Notes: generated by a model from the sequence alone, not told the origin. 64,000 nucleotides of DNA from Dehalococcoidia bacterium (GCA_963555985.3 OY820591.1:96001-160000), one strand, 5' to 3'. Shown: positions 48,601 through 58,841, counted from the first letter of the stretch. Numbers and translations are program-made.

Positions 48601-49060
48601 GGTCGGCCCCGATGTCGAGCGCACCGGCCTCGCCCGCAAGTGCAATAACGTCTTCGTCACGTTGGCCAACGCTCAGTCGCCGCGCTTCACAGTGATCCTG
48701 CGCAAGTCCTACGGACTGGCCGCGCAAGCGATGATGACCGGCAGCTCGCGCGCCCCGCTCTTCGCCCTTGCCTGGCCGACCGCCGAACTGGGCGGCATGA
48801 ACCTCGAAGCGGCAATCCGGTTGGGCAACCGAGCCGAGTTGGAGGCGATCGAGGACATCGAGCAACGTGCTGCCCGCTATGAGGCGCTGGTTGCCAACGC
48901 CTATTGGAGGGGCAACGCGATCAACTCCGCCTCCGTCCACGAAAACGACGGCGTGATCGACCCCGCCGAAACCCGCCGCTGGATCGTCCGAGGCCTGATG
49001 GCCTGCGAAAACCCCGAACCAATCCGCCGCGGCCGCCGCCCCAACATCGACACCTGGTAG
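45650..49060 (+). CDS. Single-chain acyl-CoA carboxylase (biotin carboxylase-BCCP-carboxyltransferase)
   Basis: ANRGEIA, HPGYGFL, GGGGRG, NPRLQVEH, biotin motif SMKM, CT motifs. Confidence 0.93.
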   Translation: MPITKLLVANRGEIAIRIIRAARELGLDSIAIHSQDDASSLHVRRADEAIALEGVGARAYLDVEAVIDAVKSSGCDALHPGYGFLAESAELARRCEQEGITFAGPTVASLELFGDKARARALAAEHDVPVLPGSAGAVDLAGAAAFFDSLGDGGAMIIKAIAGGGGRGMRMVTAADQLEEAFERCQSEAAAAFGNGAVLVERLMTRARHVEVQIIGDGTGAVSHLGERECSLQRRHQKVVEWAPSPSISAETRERLTASAVRIAAAANYRTLGTFEFLVNGNDERDFSFIEANPRLQVEHTVTEEVTGVDLVRAQLRIAGGQSLAEVGLAQDNVPAARGYAIQARVNMERMEPSGEVRPSGGMLTTFEPPSGPGVRVDTYGYPGYTTNPNFDSLLAKVIAYSASSDFGDAVTRAQRALAEFRIEGVEANLPFLERALAHGDFAAGEIYTRWVDDQIADLAAPATSGAASQNGAADLAAGLAGAQLDTRDPLAGLNYFREGSGTRAQQAVATVAPGTQPTPQIAGPPGTEPVRSPLQGTIIQILVEEGDAVREGQQMFVMDSMKMEHVINSDLGGYLRQLTVAVGDVVYEGHPLAFIEAADVGDAIREEVAEIDLDYIRPDLQKLLDNLAAGKDENRQPWVERRHAKGKLTQRESLAELVDEGSWVELGELVLPARHRIMSIEEMRVRAPADGMITGIGTVNGNLFDEHRATTLVAMYDETVWAGTQGMMGHQKTDRIIKFADEQATPLIVWAEGAGGRSGDTDFGDISAAGQWVPTYDMMARISGTVPMIGITAGRTFAGNASILGITDCIIATRDANIGMGGPATIEGGGLGLFTPEEIGPMSDLGPAGSVDILVDDEHEAIAAAKQYLSYFQGSIPSWDCVDQRLLRHAIPENRKRPFSVRKVIEQMADIDSVLELRAEFGVGIITSLIRIEGHPIGVIANNNEHLGGAVDSPGADKLCRFAQLCDCFNIPILVLVDTTGMMVGPDVERTGLARKCNNVFVTLANAQSPRFTVILRKSYGLAAQAMMTGSSRAPLFALAWPTAELGGMNLEAAIRLGNRAELEAIEDIEQRAARYEALVANAYWRGNAINSASVHENDGVIDPAETRRWIVRGLMACENPEPIRRGRRPNIDTW

Positions 49061-49198
49061 AGACCAATCACAACATCGCCCCTCTCCTCTGCACCCTCAC
49101 CGTCATACCCGAGCTTGCCGCAGACAGGTTGAACTGCACAGCGAGCGGGCGTAGGGTCAGCCCCAGACCTGAGTGGATGCAGCGCGAGGAGTCAAGCA

Positions 49199-50368
49199 AT
49201 GTCTGAACAACCGTCGGGCGACGCGATGCTGCGCGAACGCATCGGCCAAATGCCCGTGCCCGAATTCGCCGAAACCGCCTGGACTACGCCGCCCCCGCTC
49301 TCCGAGGCGCGCGTCGCAGTCGTCACCTCTGCCGCTCTTTACCCGCGCGACGGCGACGCCTTCATCCCCGGCGACACCAGCTACCGCGCGCTCGATCCCG
49401 CCGTGCGTGAGCTGGTGCTGGGCCACTGGAGTCCGAACTTCGACCGCTCCGCCTTCGCAATCGACTACAACGTGGTCTATCCGCTCGCTCGCCTGGACGA
49501 ACTGGCCGAACAGGGCGTCATCGGATCAGTCGCCTCGAAGCACTACTCGTTCGCGGGCAATCAGCCCGACGATGTGGCCACCGTCCGGCTCGATTCCGGT
49601 CCGGCCTGCGCCGCCGAGCTCAAGGCCGACGGCGTGGACGTCGTGCTGCTGACACCGGTTTGACCGCTCTGTACTCGTACCGTGTGTACGCTCGCCCACG
49701 TCTTCGAGGCAGCCGGCCTCACCACCGTCACGATCTCCGCCATTCGCCGCGTCCCCGAGCGCATGCGCCCGCCCCGCGTCCTGCACGGCGAGTTCCCGCT
49801 CGGACGACCGCTGGGCAAGCCCAACGATCCCGACTTCCAGCACGATGTCCTCCGCCGCGCCTTCGCGCTGCTCGAGCGCGACGCCGGCCCCGTGCTCGAA
49901 GACCACCCGGAGACCATCGTCGCCGACGAAGAGCCGCTCAGTTGCACCGTCCCACCGCGCTTCGATCCCGATCTCGCGCCCGCCGTCGATGAGGCTGGCG
50001 GTCTGCGCAAGGCCTACGACCGCGCGCTCGCGCGGCGCGGTGTCAGCAATGTCGGCCGCGCCGTCGACGCCGACGGCGTCCCCGCCGCGCTTGACGTCCT
50101 CCAGCAGATCGTCGATGGCACGCCCTGGAAGACAGCCGGCATCCCGGGCGGCAACACCATGGCTATCGCCCACGACATCCGCTCCTACTACGAGGAGGCC
50201 GCGCTAGAGCTCACCGACGCGCCCAACCCGGGCGGTCGCCAGGCCGAAGCCTGGTTCTTCGAGCGCACCGAAGCCGGCAAGCTGATGCTCGCCGTCCGCA
50301 AAGCCCTCGCCGCACAGGGCGCCCCACAAGGAGTTTGGTTCTACATGGCCCCAGGCCACCGCAGCTAA
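49199..50368 (+). CDS. GrdB/PrdB (reductase selenoprotein B)-like selenoprotein (UxxC; Sec codon 49661-49663)
   Basis: ARVAVVTSA, DYNVVYPL..L.ELA..G.IG, DGVDVVLLTPV-U-PLC-TRTV; the two ORFs are in frame; FPLGRPLG downstream. Confidence 0.87.
49676..49690 (+). promoter_or_regulatory. Putative bacterial SECIS hairpin
   Basis: CGTAC-CGTGT-GTACG; loop starts 18 nt after the UGA. Confidence 0.65.
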
Positions 50369-50437
50369 CCGCCCTCCCTTCGAGAGAGGCTGTCTCGCGG
50401 GAGACCTGTGCGCAAATCAAACACCGTCGTCGCGCAC

Positions 50438-50560
50438 GCGGCGAGATTGCCGCGGCGGAGCGCGGCAATGACGGAGCCGGGCGGTTCCCATCTCCCCCCG
50501 CACTGCGGGGGGAGAAGTCACGAAGTGCCTGCCCCCGCGTAGGCGGGGGACAGAGGGGGG
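50438..50560. repeat. REP-like cluster (families A and B)
   Basis: GAGATTGCCGCG..CGCGGCAATGACGG; TCTCCCCCCGCACTGCGGGGGGAGA..GACAGAGGGGG. Confidence 0.78.
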
Positions 50561-50585
50561 TCCGCCCACCTGAGAGGGAGCTCCG

Positions 50586-51575
50586 ATGACGCTCCGAATC
50601 GGCATCCTCGGAGCCGCCAACATCACCCCCCGCTCACTGATCGCGCCGGCGGCGGCGATGGACGACATCGAACTCGTCTGCGTCGCCGCCCGCGACCGCA
50701 ACCGCGCCGAGCGCTTCGCCGCCGAACACGGCATCCCCGTCGTCCACGACCGCTACGAGGAGGTAGTCGCCGATCCGGGGATCGACGCCGTCTACAACCC
50801 GCTCCCGATCAGCGGGCACAAGCCCTGGACCATCGCCGCGCTCGAAGCCGGCAAGCATGTCCTTTGCGAGAAGCCGCTGGCGATGAACGAGGCTGAGGCG
50901 CAGGAGATCGCCGATACCGCCCGCCGCACCGGACTGGTCTGCATCGAGGGCTTCCACTACTGGTATCACCCGGTGGCGTACCGAATGCGCGAACTCGTGC
51001 AGAGCGGCCGGCTGGGCAACGTGCTCTCAGCCGATGCCCATTTCCAGAACACCGCCCCGGACACGCCTACCCAGATCCGCTACCGAATCGAGCTGGGCGG
51101 CGGCGCGACGATGGACTTGGGCTGCTATCCGCTGCACATGCTCCGTCACATCTTCCAGGCCGAGCCGGAGGTGGTCAGCGCCCGCCCGGAGATCGTCTAC
51201 GACACCATCGATGTGGCGATGGAGATCGATCTGCGCTTCCCCGGAGACATCCCCGCCCAAGCCAAGTGCCGCATGTCGCCCGGCACGCCGCGCTCTGTCG
51301 AGGTCGTCGTCATCGGCGAGACTGGGCGGATGCGCGTGGTCGATCCGCTCACACCCCATCGCGGCCACCGAATCGAACTGGAGACAGAGTTCGGCCGAGT
51401 AGTCGAAACGCTCACGCTCCGCCCTACCTTCGAGTTCCAACTACAAGCGTTCGCCAATCAGATCGCGGGCGGCGAACCAATGCCCACCGACGCCGACGAC
51501 GGCGTGATCAGCATGAGAGTGATCGACAACGTCTACCGCGCAGCCGGCCTGCCCCTGCGCGGCAATCTGGAATAG
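50586..51575 (+). CDS. Gfo/Idh/MocA oxidoreductase
   Basis: IGILGAANI, GKHVLCEKP, MDLGCY. Confidence 0.9.
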   Translation: MTLRIGILGAANITPRSLIAPAAAMDDIELVCVAARDRNRAERFAAEHGIPVVHDRYEEVVADPGIDAVYNPLPISGHKPWTIAALEAGKHVLCEKPLAMNEAEAQEIADTARRTGLVCIEGFHYWYHPVAYRMRELVQSGRLGNVLSADAHFQNTAPDTPTQIRYRIELGGGATMDLGCYPLHMLRHIFQAEPEVVSARPEIVYDTIDVAMEIDLRFPGDIPAQAKCRMSPGTPRSVEVVVIGETGRMRVVDPLTPHRGHRIELETEFGRVVETLTLRPTFEFQLQAFANQIAGGEPMPTDADDGVISMRVIDNVYRAAGLPLRGNLE

Positions 51576-51647
51576 CTCGCCATTACCCTCCCCGCAACCT
51601 CGAGCTCCCTGCTTTTCCCCCTCTGGAGACCTGCGCGTCAACCAAGG

Positions 51648-51745
51648 CTCCGTCATACCCGCGCTTGCCGCGGGTATCTCGCTGTTATCTGCACCGTCGT
51701 AGCCAGCACCGCGAGATTGCCGCGGCGGGGCGCGGCAATGACGGA
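51648..51745 (+). repeat. Family A REP doublet
   Basis: Near copy of 43833-43930. Confidence 0.82.
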
Positions 51746-51793
51746 AAAACCGAACTACGCACGGGTCTTCTCTGGGGGCACAGCCAATCTCCC

Positions 51794-52960
51794 CTACCAA
51801 AACGGCGCAGCAGGCTCCTGACCCAGCAACACTCGCCCCGCCGCCGCATAGTTCGACACCCCCAGCACCACGTGCTGATTCATCGCATGCATATCGCGCA
51901 GCCGCCGATCCAGACTCGAACGCTCCGTATACAGCGCCGTCGAACCGGCGATTGCGTACAGCTCGTTCATCACCTTCAGACTCTCCTGGTGGACCCAGGT
52001 AATGGCGAGCCGTAGGTGTGCTCGGTTCCGATCCGACATGGCTCCGGTTTCGCAGACCTCCTGCCAGGCCGTATCCGCCGCCGACAGCGCATACGCGCGG
52101 CAGGCTCCGATCCGCGCGGCAGTCTCCCCCAACGTCGCCTGCGTGAGCGGATCGTCTCGCAGGGCACCGCGTACTGCCCTGCGATCGCGGCTCAGCTCGA
52201 CCACCTCCTCGTGTGCCGCCTGCACGAGTCCAAGCGGCACGCCCATGTGCTTGGGCAACAGCCAGGCCGGATGCCGCAGCGGATCGCCGGGTACCGACCG
52301 CTGCGAAGGTCGCGGTGCGACGCTGCGCTCGTTCGGGATGAAGAGGTCGTTCACTTCGACATCATGGCTGCCGCTGCCGCGCATCCCCGTCGTGCGCCAG
52401 GTGTCCAGCACCGTGACTTCGCTGGTCGGCGCGACCAGCCGCACGAATGCAGGCGCAGCCGACCGATCCGAGCCGTCGCCGACGAGCCGGCAGCTGAACT
52501 GCATCCAGGCAGCGTGAGTGATCCCGCTCACATACGGCCAGCGACCCGTCGCCAGATAGCCGCCGTCAACAGCGACCGCCTTGCCCGGCGGAAATGCTGC
52601 GCCGCAGGTGGCGGCGTCAATGTCGGCGTACAGCTCACGCGCCACAGCCGACTCGAGTTCGCGGCTGAGCAGGCCGCCGTCGCAGCCGATCATCACACAC
52701 CAGGCCGCCGACGCATCAGCCTTGGCGATCGCTTCGATAAAGAGAATCTGCGTCACCGGATCGGCGTCGTGCCCGCCCATCGCCTTGGGCTGAATCATCC
52801 GAAACGCGCCCGCCTCCTTCAGCAGCTGCACGACATGCGGCGGGAGCTGGCGCCCCGCCTCAATCTCGTCGGCGGCCTCGCGGATCTGCGGCACAATCCG
52901 GCGGGCGGCGGCGAGCAGCGCCTCGCGTTCCTCGGGGGTCGGTCCGAAGGCCGTGCTCAT
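51794..52960 (-). CDS. Acyl-CoA dehydrogenase-like flavin-dependent hydroxylase
   Basis: GRWPYVSG, DTWRTTGMRGSGS, RRLRDMHAMNQH. Confidence 0.87.
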   Translation of the reverse strand: MSTAFGPTPEEREALLAAARRIVPQIREAADEIEAGRQLPPHVVQLLKEAGAFRMIQPKAMGGHDADPVTQILFIEAIAKADASAAWCVMIGCDGGLLSRELESAVARELYADIDAATCGAAFPPGKAVAVDGGYLATGRWPYVSGITHAAWMQFSCRLVGDGSDRSAAPAFVRLVAPTSEVTVLDTWRTTGMRGSGSHDVEVNDLFIPNERSVAPRPSQRSVPGDPLRHPAWLLPKHMGVPLGLVQAAHEEVVELSRDRRAVRGALRDDPLTQATLGETAARIGACRAYALSAADTAWQEVCETGAMSDRNRAHLRLAITWVHQESLKVMNELYAIAGSTALYTERSSLDRRLRDMHAMNQHVVLGVSNYAAAGRVLLGQEPAAPFW

Positions 52961-53026
52961 GCGTTGGTCCTGCTTCCCCGCCGCGCAGGTCGTGACGATC
53001 AGCAGGCTAGGACTTGTTGATCCCTC

Positions 53027-53809
53027 CTAGTGCATCACCAGACCGCCGTCGACGTTGTAAGCCTGGCCGGTGATGTTGCGCGCGCCGGGACCGGCGAGGA
53101 ACCGCGCCATCGCCGCGATGTCGTCGGGCGCGTTGGCTCGGCCGATCGGGATCCGCGCGTCGCGGGCCTGCTCCAGTTCGGCGATGCTCACACCGGAGCG
53201 CTCGGCGCGGCCGCGCATGTTGTCGAGCGACAGGTCGGTCACCGTCACGCCCGGACAGATCGCGTTGACGTTGATCGCGTGCTGCGCCAACTGGTGGGCG
53301 GCGATCATCGTCATCGCCAGCACCGCGCCCTTGCTGGCCGCGTAGGCCGCGTTGGAGGTGCCCGAGTAGCCCTTGCCGGCGATCGAGGCGATGTTGATAA
53401 TCCGACCGCCGCCGCCCTGCTCAATCATCTCGCGCGCGGCGCCCTGCATACAGAAGAACACGCCCTTGGCATTCACCCGGTGGATCCGGTCCCAGTCCTC
53501 TTCCTCCACGTCCATCACGTACAGGTAGCGGGTCACGCCGGCGTTGTTGACAATGATGTCGATCCGTCCGAAGGCGTCCCGGGCTTGACCGATCATGCGG
53601 TCGATCTCCGCGAGGCTGCCCACATCGGCGTGGATCGCCAGACTCTCACGGCCCAGCTCCCCGATCGCAGCGCCGGTGTCTTCCACATTCGCGGCGTTGA
53701 TGTCGGCCACCGCCAGGCTGGCTCCGGCTTCGGCCAGTTGCAGCGCAATCGCCCGGCCGATCCCGCGCCCCGCGCCGGTCACCACCGCAATCTTGTCCTG
53801 AAGTTCCAT
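53027..53809 (-). CDS. SDR oxidoreductase
   Basis: TGAGRGIG, NNAG, YAASK. Confidence 0.93.
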   Translation of the reverse strand: MELQDKIAVVTGAGRGIGRAIALQLAEAGASLAVADINAANVEDTGAAIGELGRESLAIHADVGSLAEIDRMIGQARDAFGRIDIIVNNAGVTRYLYVMDVEEEDWDRIHRVNAKGVFFCMQGAAREMIEQGGGGRIINIASIAGKGYSGTSNAAYAASKGAVLAMTMIAAHQLAQHAINVNAICPGVTVTDLSLDNMRGRAERSGVSIAELEQARDARIPIGRANAPDDIAAMARFLAGPGARNITGQAYNVDGGLVMH

Positions 53810-53963
53810 GAGGGCGCGTCCTCCTTGCTCGAATGCGTGGCGAGTGTAGATGCGGCGCTAGGAATTTCTCTACTCCCGCAAACAGGCGGAGGAGGATTGT
53901 TCGGCGCATTCCTAGAATGCGCTGCACGGACAACGGATCGCCGAAACTGAGAGGGCGCTCGTG

Positions 53964-54716
53964 ATGGATGAAGTGCAGTACGACGTCGACGGACGAATCG
54001 CCACGGTCACCCTGAATCGACCTGAAAAGCTCAACGCGATGACGGATGAGATGTACCGCGCCATCGCCGACGCCCTGCTCGAAGCCGACGCCGACCCCGA
54101 GGTGCGTTGCAGCATCATCGCCGGTACCGGCCGCGCCTTTACCTCAGGCCACGATCTGGGAGAGTTCGCCGGCCGCAGCCAGTGGATGCCCTGGCGCGGC
54201 GAGCGCTTCGATAACGGCCTCGAGACCGCCAAACCCACAATCGCCGCAATCAACGGCTACTGCCTCGCCGGCGGCCTCGAATTGGCCCTCTACTGCGACA
54301 TCCGCATCGCCGACGAGACCGCCCAGTTCGGCTGCCCCGAAGTTCGCTGGGCGATCCTGCACGGCTACGGCGCGCTGCGTCTGCCCGGATTAATCGGCGG
54401 CTCCGACGCGATGCGGCTGCTGCTGACGGGCGCGTTCATCGACGCACAGGAAGCCCTGCGGATCGGTCTGATCAGCGAGGTGGTGGCGCCCTCCGACCTG
54501 CTCACGACTGCCCGCAGCATCGCCGATCAGATCGCGGCCAACGGCCCAATGGCAATCCGCATGACCAAAGAGTTGGCCCGCCGCGGCCGCGACCTGCCCC
54601 TAGCCGACGGTCTCCGCATCTATCAGGAGTACTCCCGCCAAGCCTTCGCCTCCGACGACGCCCGCGAGGGAATCCAAGCCTTCGCCGAACGGCGCGATCC
54701 GCAGTACGGCGCTTAA
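53964..54716 (+). CDS. Enoyl-CoA hydratase/isomerase
   Basis: LNRPEKLNA, FTSGHDL, AINGYCLAGGLE, PEV. Confidence 0.92.
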   Translation: MDEVQYDVDGRIATVTLNRPEKLNAMTDEMYRAIADALLEADADPEVRCSIIAGTGRAFTSGHDLGEFAGRSQWMPWRGERFDNGLETAKPTIAAINGYCLAGGLELALYCDIRIADETAQFGCPEVRWAILHGYGALRLPGLIGGSDAMRLLLTGAFIDAQEALRIGLISEVVAPSDLLTTARSIADQIAANGPMAIRMTKELARRGRDLPLADGLRIYQEYSRQAFASDDAREGIQAFAERRDPQYGA

Positions 54717-54743
54717 GATGAAGGGGATGCTGGAGGAGCCCTC

Positions 54744-54968
54744 ATGCCGAAACCAAAGACCGTGGATCCCCGACTGGAGTTAGTCAACTTCGATGTCCTC
54801 GACATGGACAAGTTCCCGCCGGTTGAAGAGTGGACCGAGGACGACTGGGAAGAAGCGGGCCTGCTGACGCTGGCGGCGCTAGGGCGCGAAGAAGCCGAGC
54901 GGGATGGCTGGGTTCCCGGCGAAGAGATTGATGCGAAGTACGGTCCGCTTACCGATGCCGCGGACTGA
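54744..54968 (+). CDS. Putative antitoxin (PPxxEW family)
   Basis: DPRLEL..D..FPPVEEWTEDDW; GGAGG SD; upstream of a RelE. Confidence 0.75.
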   Translation: MPKPKTVDPRLELVNFDVLDMDKFPPVEEWTEDDWEEAGLLTLAALGREEAERDGWVPGEEIDAKYGPLTDAAD

Positions 54969-54974
54969 TCGACT

Positions 54975-55250
54975 GTGGCGTATCACTACGAATACTCGCC
55001 GCGCGCGGAACGGCAGTTGGCCAGACTCCCACAACGGGAACGCGAGCGCGTACTTCGCCGAGTGAAACAGCTCTCCGAAGATCCAACCGGGCGCTTGGCG
55101 AAGCAACTGAAGGGCCGCCCTGTTCTGTGGACATCACGAATAGGCAGCCTGCGAGTCGTGTACGAGATCGACGAGGTGGCCGAACTGATCTACATCGAAG
55201 CGATCGGCAACCGCGACCGAATCTACGAGCTGATGCGCCGGCGACGCTGA
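54975..55250 (+). CDS. RelE/ParE family toxin
   Basis: AERQLARLP, KQLKG, RIGSLRVVY, IGNRDRIY. Confidence 0.88.
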   Translation: MAYHYEYSPRAERQLARLPQRERERVLRRVKQLSEDPTGRLAKQLKGRPVLWTSRIGSLRVVYEIDEVAELIYIEAIGNRDRIYELMRRRR

Positions 55251-55257
55251 CTGAGCC

Positions 55258-55698
55258 CTACAACTCCAACGGCGCTCCCTGCGCGACCTGCTGCGGGTCG
55301 GTCTTCCAGACATCGGAGCCGTCCACGTACAGCTCCACTCCGTTCCCGTCGGGATCGTTCAGGTAGAGCGACTGCGAGACCACGTGGTCGATCGTGGCGA
55401 AGACCTTCACGCCGGCCGCTTCGAGTTCCTCGCGCGCATCGCGGAGCTCGTCCAGCGTGTCGCCGATGCAGAAGGCGAGGTGATAGAGGCCCGGAGCCTT
55501 CGGGTCGGCCGTCTCGGGACCCTCTTCGCCCACCTCGAGCAGGGCGAGGTCGTGGTGGTTGCCGAGCGTGTAGAAGGTCATCGGCATCGATTCGTGGCGC
55601 GCGGCCAGCTTCATCCCCAGCACATCGCCGTAGAACGCCTCCGAGCGCTCGCGGTTGCGCACTTTGATCACCGCGTGACCAAGTTCTCGAACCTTCAT
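55258..55698 (-). CDS. VOC family protein
   Basis: LGHAVI, HHDLAL, HLAF, YLNDPDGNGVE. Confidence 0.88.
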   Translation of the reverse strand: MKVRELGHAVIKVRNRERSEAFYGDVLGMKLAARHESMPMTFYTLGNHHDLALLEVGEEGPETADPKAPGLYHLAFCIGDTLDELRDAREELEAAGVKVFATIDHVVSQSLYLNDPDGNGVELYVDGSDVWKTDPQQVAQGAPLEL

Positions 55699-55795
55699 CG
55701 ATCTCTCCTTCGACGCTGAACCTCAAGGCGAATCGAGTATACGTCCGCCGCCGCCGCTACGCCTGCCCTACGATTGAGACAGACGGAGACGAGCC

Positions 55796-56023
55796 ATGCC
55801 CAAACCGGCGACAGCAGACCCCCGCGCGGAACTGATTGACTGGGACGAGATCGATCTCAGCGAACTACCGCCCATCGACGAGTGGACGGACGAGGAGTGG
55901 GAGGACGCGGTGCTTGGAACGATGGCAGTGCGTAGCCGCAAGCGGCGCGAAGCTGGGCTCGACGGGCCGGGAATCACGCTTGGAGAGTACCTCAAGACGC
56001 GCGGAATCAAGCTCGATCCCTGA
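55796..56023 (+). CDS. Putative antitoxin (PPxxEW family)
   Basis: DPRAELIDWDEIDLSELPPIDEWTDEEW. Confidence 0.75.
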   Translation: MPKPATADPRAELIDWDEIDLSELPPIDEWTDEEWEDAVLGTMAVRSRKRREAGLDGPGITLGEYLKTRGIKLDP

Positions 56024-56035
56024 GACTTGGCAATC

Positions 56036-56320
56036 GTGCCCTACCGTTTCATCCTCTCTGATCAAGCCACGGACCAGCTTGACGAGTTGCCTGAGACGGT
56101 TCAGTTGCGGGTGCTCAATCGGATCACGCAGATTCCGGATGCGCCTAGAGGGCGTAGATCTAAGAAGTTGCAGGGATTCGAGACGGTCTGGGCAGTGCGT
56201 GTCGGCGACTATCGTCTCGCGTACGCGATTGATGACGATCGCCAGACCATCACGCTGGAATCGATCGGCCATCGGCGCGACTTCTATCCGAGCCTCCGCC
56301 GACTCCCCCATCTGCGCTAA
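56036..56320 (+). CDS. RelE/ParE family toxin
   Basis: KKLQG, VRVGDYRLAY, IGHRRDFY. Confidence 0.88.
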   Translation: MPYRFILSDQATDQLDELPETVQLRVLNRITQIPDAPRGRRSKKLQGFETVWAVRVGDYRLAYAIDDDRQTITLESIGHRRDFYPSLRRLPHLR

Positions 56321-56386
56321 CCCGCATCAGATCTGCGCTGCGACGCCGCGCGCCTGCCCTACGATTGAGGCAGATGGAGGCAAGCC

Positions 56387-56641
56387 ATGCCCAGACCAGC
56401 CACAGCCGACCCCCGCGCGGAATTGATCAACTGGGATGTGATCGATCTCAGTCAGCTGCCCCCGATCGAGGAGTGGACGGATGACGAGTGGGATGATGCG
56501 GCGTTAGGCACATATGTGCATTGGTGCATTCAAGAACGAGAAGCGGGCCGAGGCGGACCGCTGATCACGTTTGAAGAGCTCCTCGACCGGCTCGGGATCA
56601 GGCCTGAGCAACTGGACCTGCCGCTATCCGATACCGACTAG
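56387..56641 (+). CDS. Putative antitoxin (PPxxEW family)
   Basis: DPRAELINWDVIDLSQLPPIEEWTDDEW; ITFEELL. Confidence 0.75.
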   Translation: MPRPATADPRAELINWDVIDLSQLPPIEEWTDDEWDDAALGTYVHWCIQEREAGRGGPLITFEELLDRLGIRPEQLDLPLSDTD

Positions 56642-56910
56642 CGTCCCCTGATGAGATCGAAGGCCACATTCGCGATCTCCCGGAGGAGATCCAGTTGCGG
56701 GTGCTCAACCGAATCGCGCGGATTCCACTCGATCCGCGCGGACGAGGCAGCAACAAGCTCAGCAACTACGTAGCAGTCTGGGCGGTTCGCGTCGGCGACT
56801 ATCGAATCGCTTACACGATCGACGATGTGACCGCAGAAGTTCGGATTGCAGCGGTCGGCCACCGCCGCGACTTCTACCGACGTCTCCGCCGGATCCCCCA
56901 TCTGCGCTGA
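56626..56910 (+). CDS. RelE/ParE family toxin, start codon uncertain
   Basis: VRVGDYRIAY, VGHRRDFY; homology to the paralog extends upstream of TTG 56695 to YRL at 56632. Confidence 0.75.
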   Translation: MRYRLASPDEIEGHIRDLPEEIQLRVLNRIARIPLDPRGRGSNKLSNYVAVWAVRVGDYRIAYTIDDVTAEVRIAAVGHRRDFYRRLRRIPHLR

Positions 56911-56914
56911 GTGC

Positions 56915-57715
<801 letters not shown>

Positions 57716-57790
57716 GCGAACCTCCAGATGCTGAACGCGCCCGACCGCCTACGAGTCGCCGCGCAGTAATCATCCTAGCGAGGGGTCGGC

Positions 57791-58213
57791 TCAGTCCGCC
57801 GCCGGCTGCCAGATGACCTGCCAGCCGATCCCGAAGCGATCCCTGCACGAGCCGAAGTAATCGCCCCAGAACATCTCCGCCATCGGCATATCGACCTCGC
57901 CCCCGTCGCAGAGCGCCGCGAACTTCCGATCAGCGTCGTCGCGTCCGCCGGCGCTGTAGGAGATCGTGAAGTTCGTCCCCACGACCGGCCCCGGACCGAA
58001 CGCCGGGTTGGAATCGCTGCCCATCAACACGCTCTCGCCAATCGGCAGCGAGACGTGCATGATCCGCCCCTTCGCCTCCTCTGGCACGCCCATGTCGGGC
58101 GGACCATCGCCGAACGTCTGCAACTCCGAGAACTCCCCGCCGAACACGGAACGGTAGAACTCGAACGCCTCGCGGCAACTGTCTTCGAACGTGAGATAGG
58201 TATTCAGGGTCAT
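57791..58213 (-). CDS. PhnB-like VOC family protein
   Basis: YLTF..A.EFY.SVFGG, IMH, MFWG..G..DRFGI.W. Confidence 0.88.
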   Translation of the reverse strand: MTLNTYLTFEDSCREAFEFYRSVFGGEFSELQTFGDGPPDMGVPEEAKGRIMHVSLPIGESVLMGSDSNPAFGPGPVVGTNFTISYSAGGRDDADRKFAALCDGGEVDMPMAEMFWGDYFGSCRDRFGIGWQVIWQPAAD

Positions 58214-58406
58214 CGTCGTCTCCGTTGTTGGCCTCGTTGGTCGCTGTGGCCACTCTAGGTGTGCAAGCTTCGGATCGCAGTGCCACCAGATACAGAGAGG
58301 GCGACGTCGGGGCCTGGCGCATAGCGGATCGCGGAGCTGCGACATACCCGCCGCGATTCTTCTAATCTGCGCGAGCAGTTGGCTCGTGAACACGTGAGGT
58401 ATCGAA

Positions 58407-58841
58407 ATGCCGCTTTCCGCCGAAGACCGCTCCGAAATCCAGAACCTGGCCGGACGCTATTCACACGCCCTCGACCTCGGCGAACCCGAGGCCTGGCGCT
58501 CCGTCTTCACCGGCGACGCCGTGATGGAAATGATCACCCAGAGGCGTTGGATCACCGGCGACGAGCTCTGGGGCCTGTCCGCAGACCGCGACCCCGACGC
58601 CCCGCAGAGCCGCCACATACCCTCCACCTTCCACATCGAAGGCGACGGCGACGACGCCACCATGCGCTCCTACGTCACCGTGATGCGAACCGGCGACGGC
58701 GGACCCGCCCATGTCGTCTTCCAGGGCCGCTACGAAGACGTCCTGAGGCGCGAAAGCGGGGCCTGGAAAATCGCCCACCGCACCATCCACACCGACTGGA
58801 TCGACGCCGACACCGCCCGCGAGGTCACAGCAGAGGAATAG
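58407..58841 (+). CDS. SnoaL/NTF2-like protein
   Basis: DR.EI.NL..RY..ALD, RH, GRYED.LRR..G.WKI..R. Confidence 0.85.
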   Translation: MPLSAEDRSEIQNLAGRYSHALDLGEPEAWRSVFTGDAVMEMITQRRWITGDELWGLSADRDPDAPQSRHIPSTFHIEGDGDDATMRSYVTVMRTGDGGPAHVVFQGRYEDVLRRESGAWKIAHRTIHTDWIDADTAREVTAEE

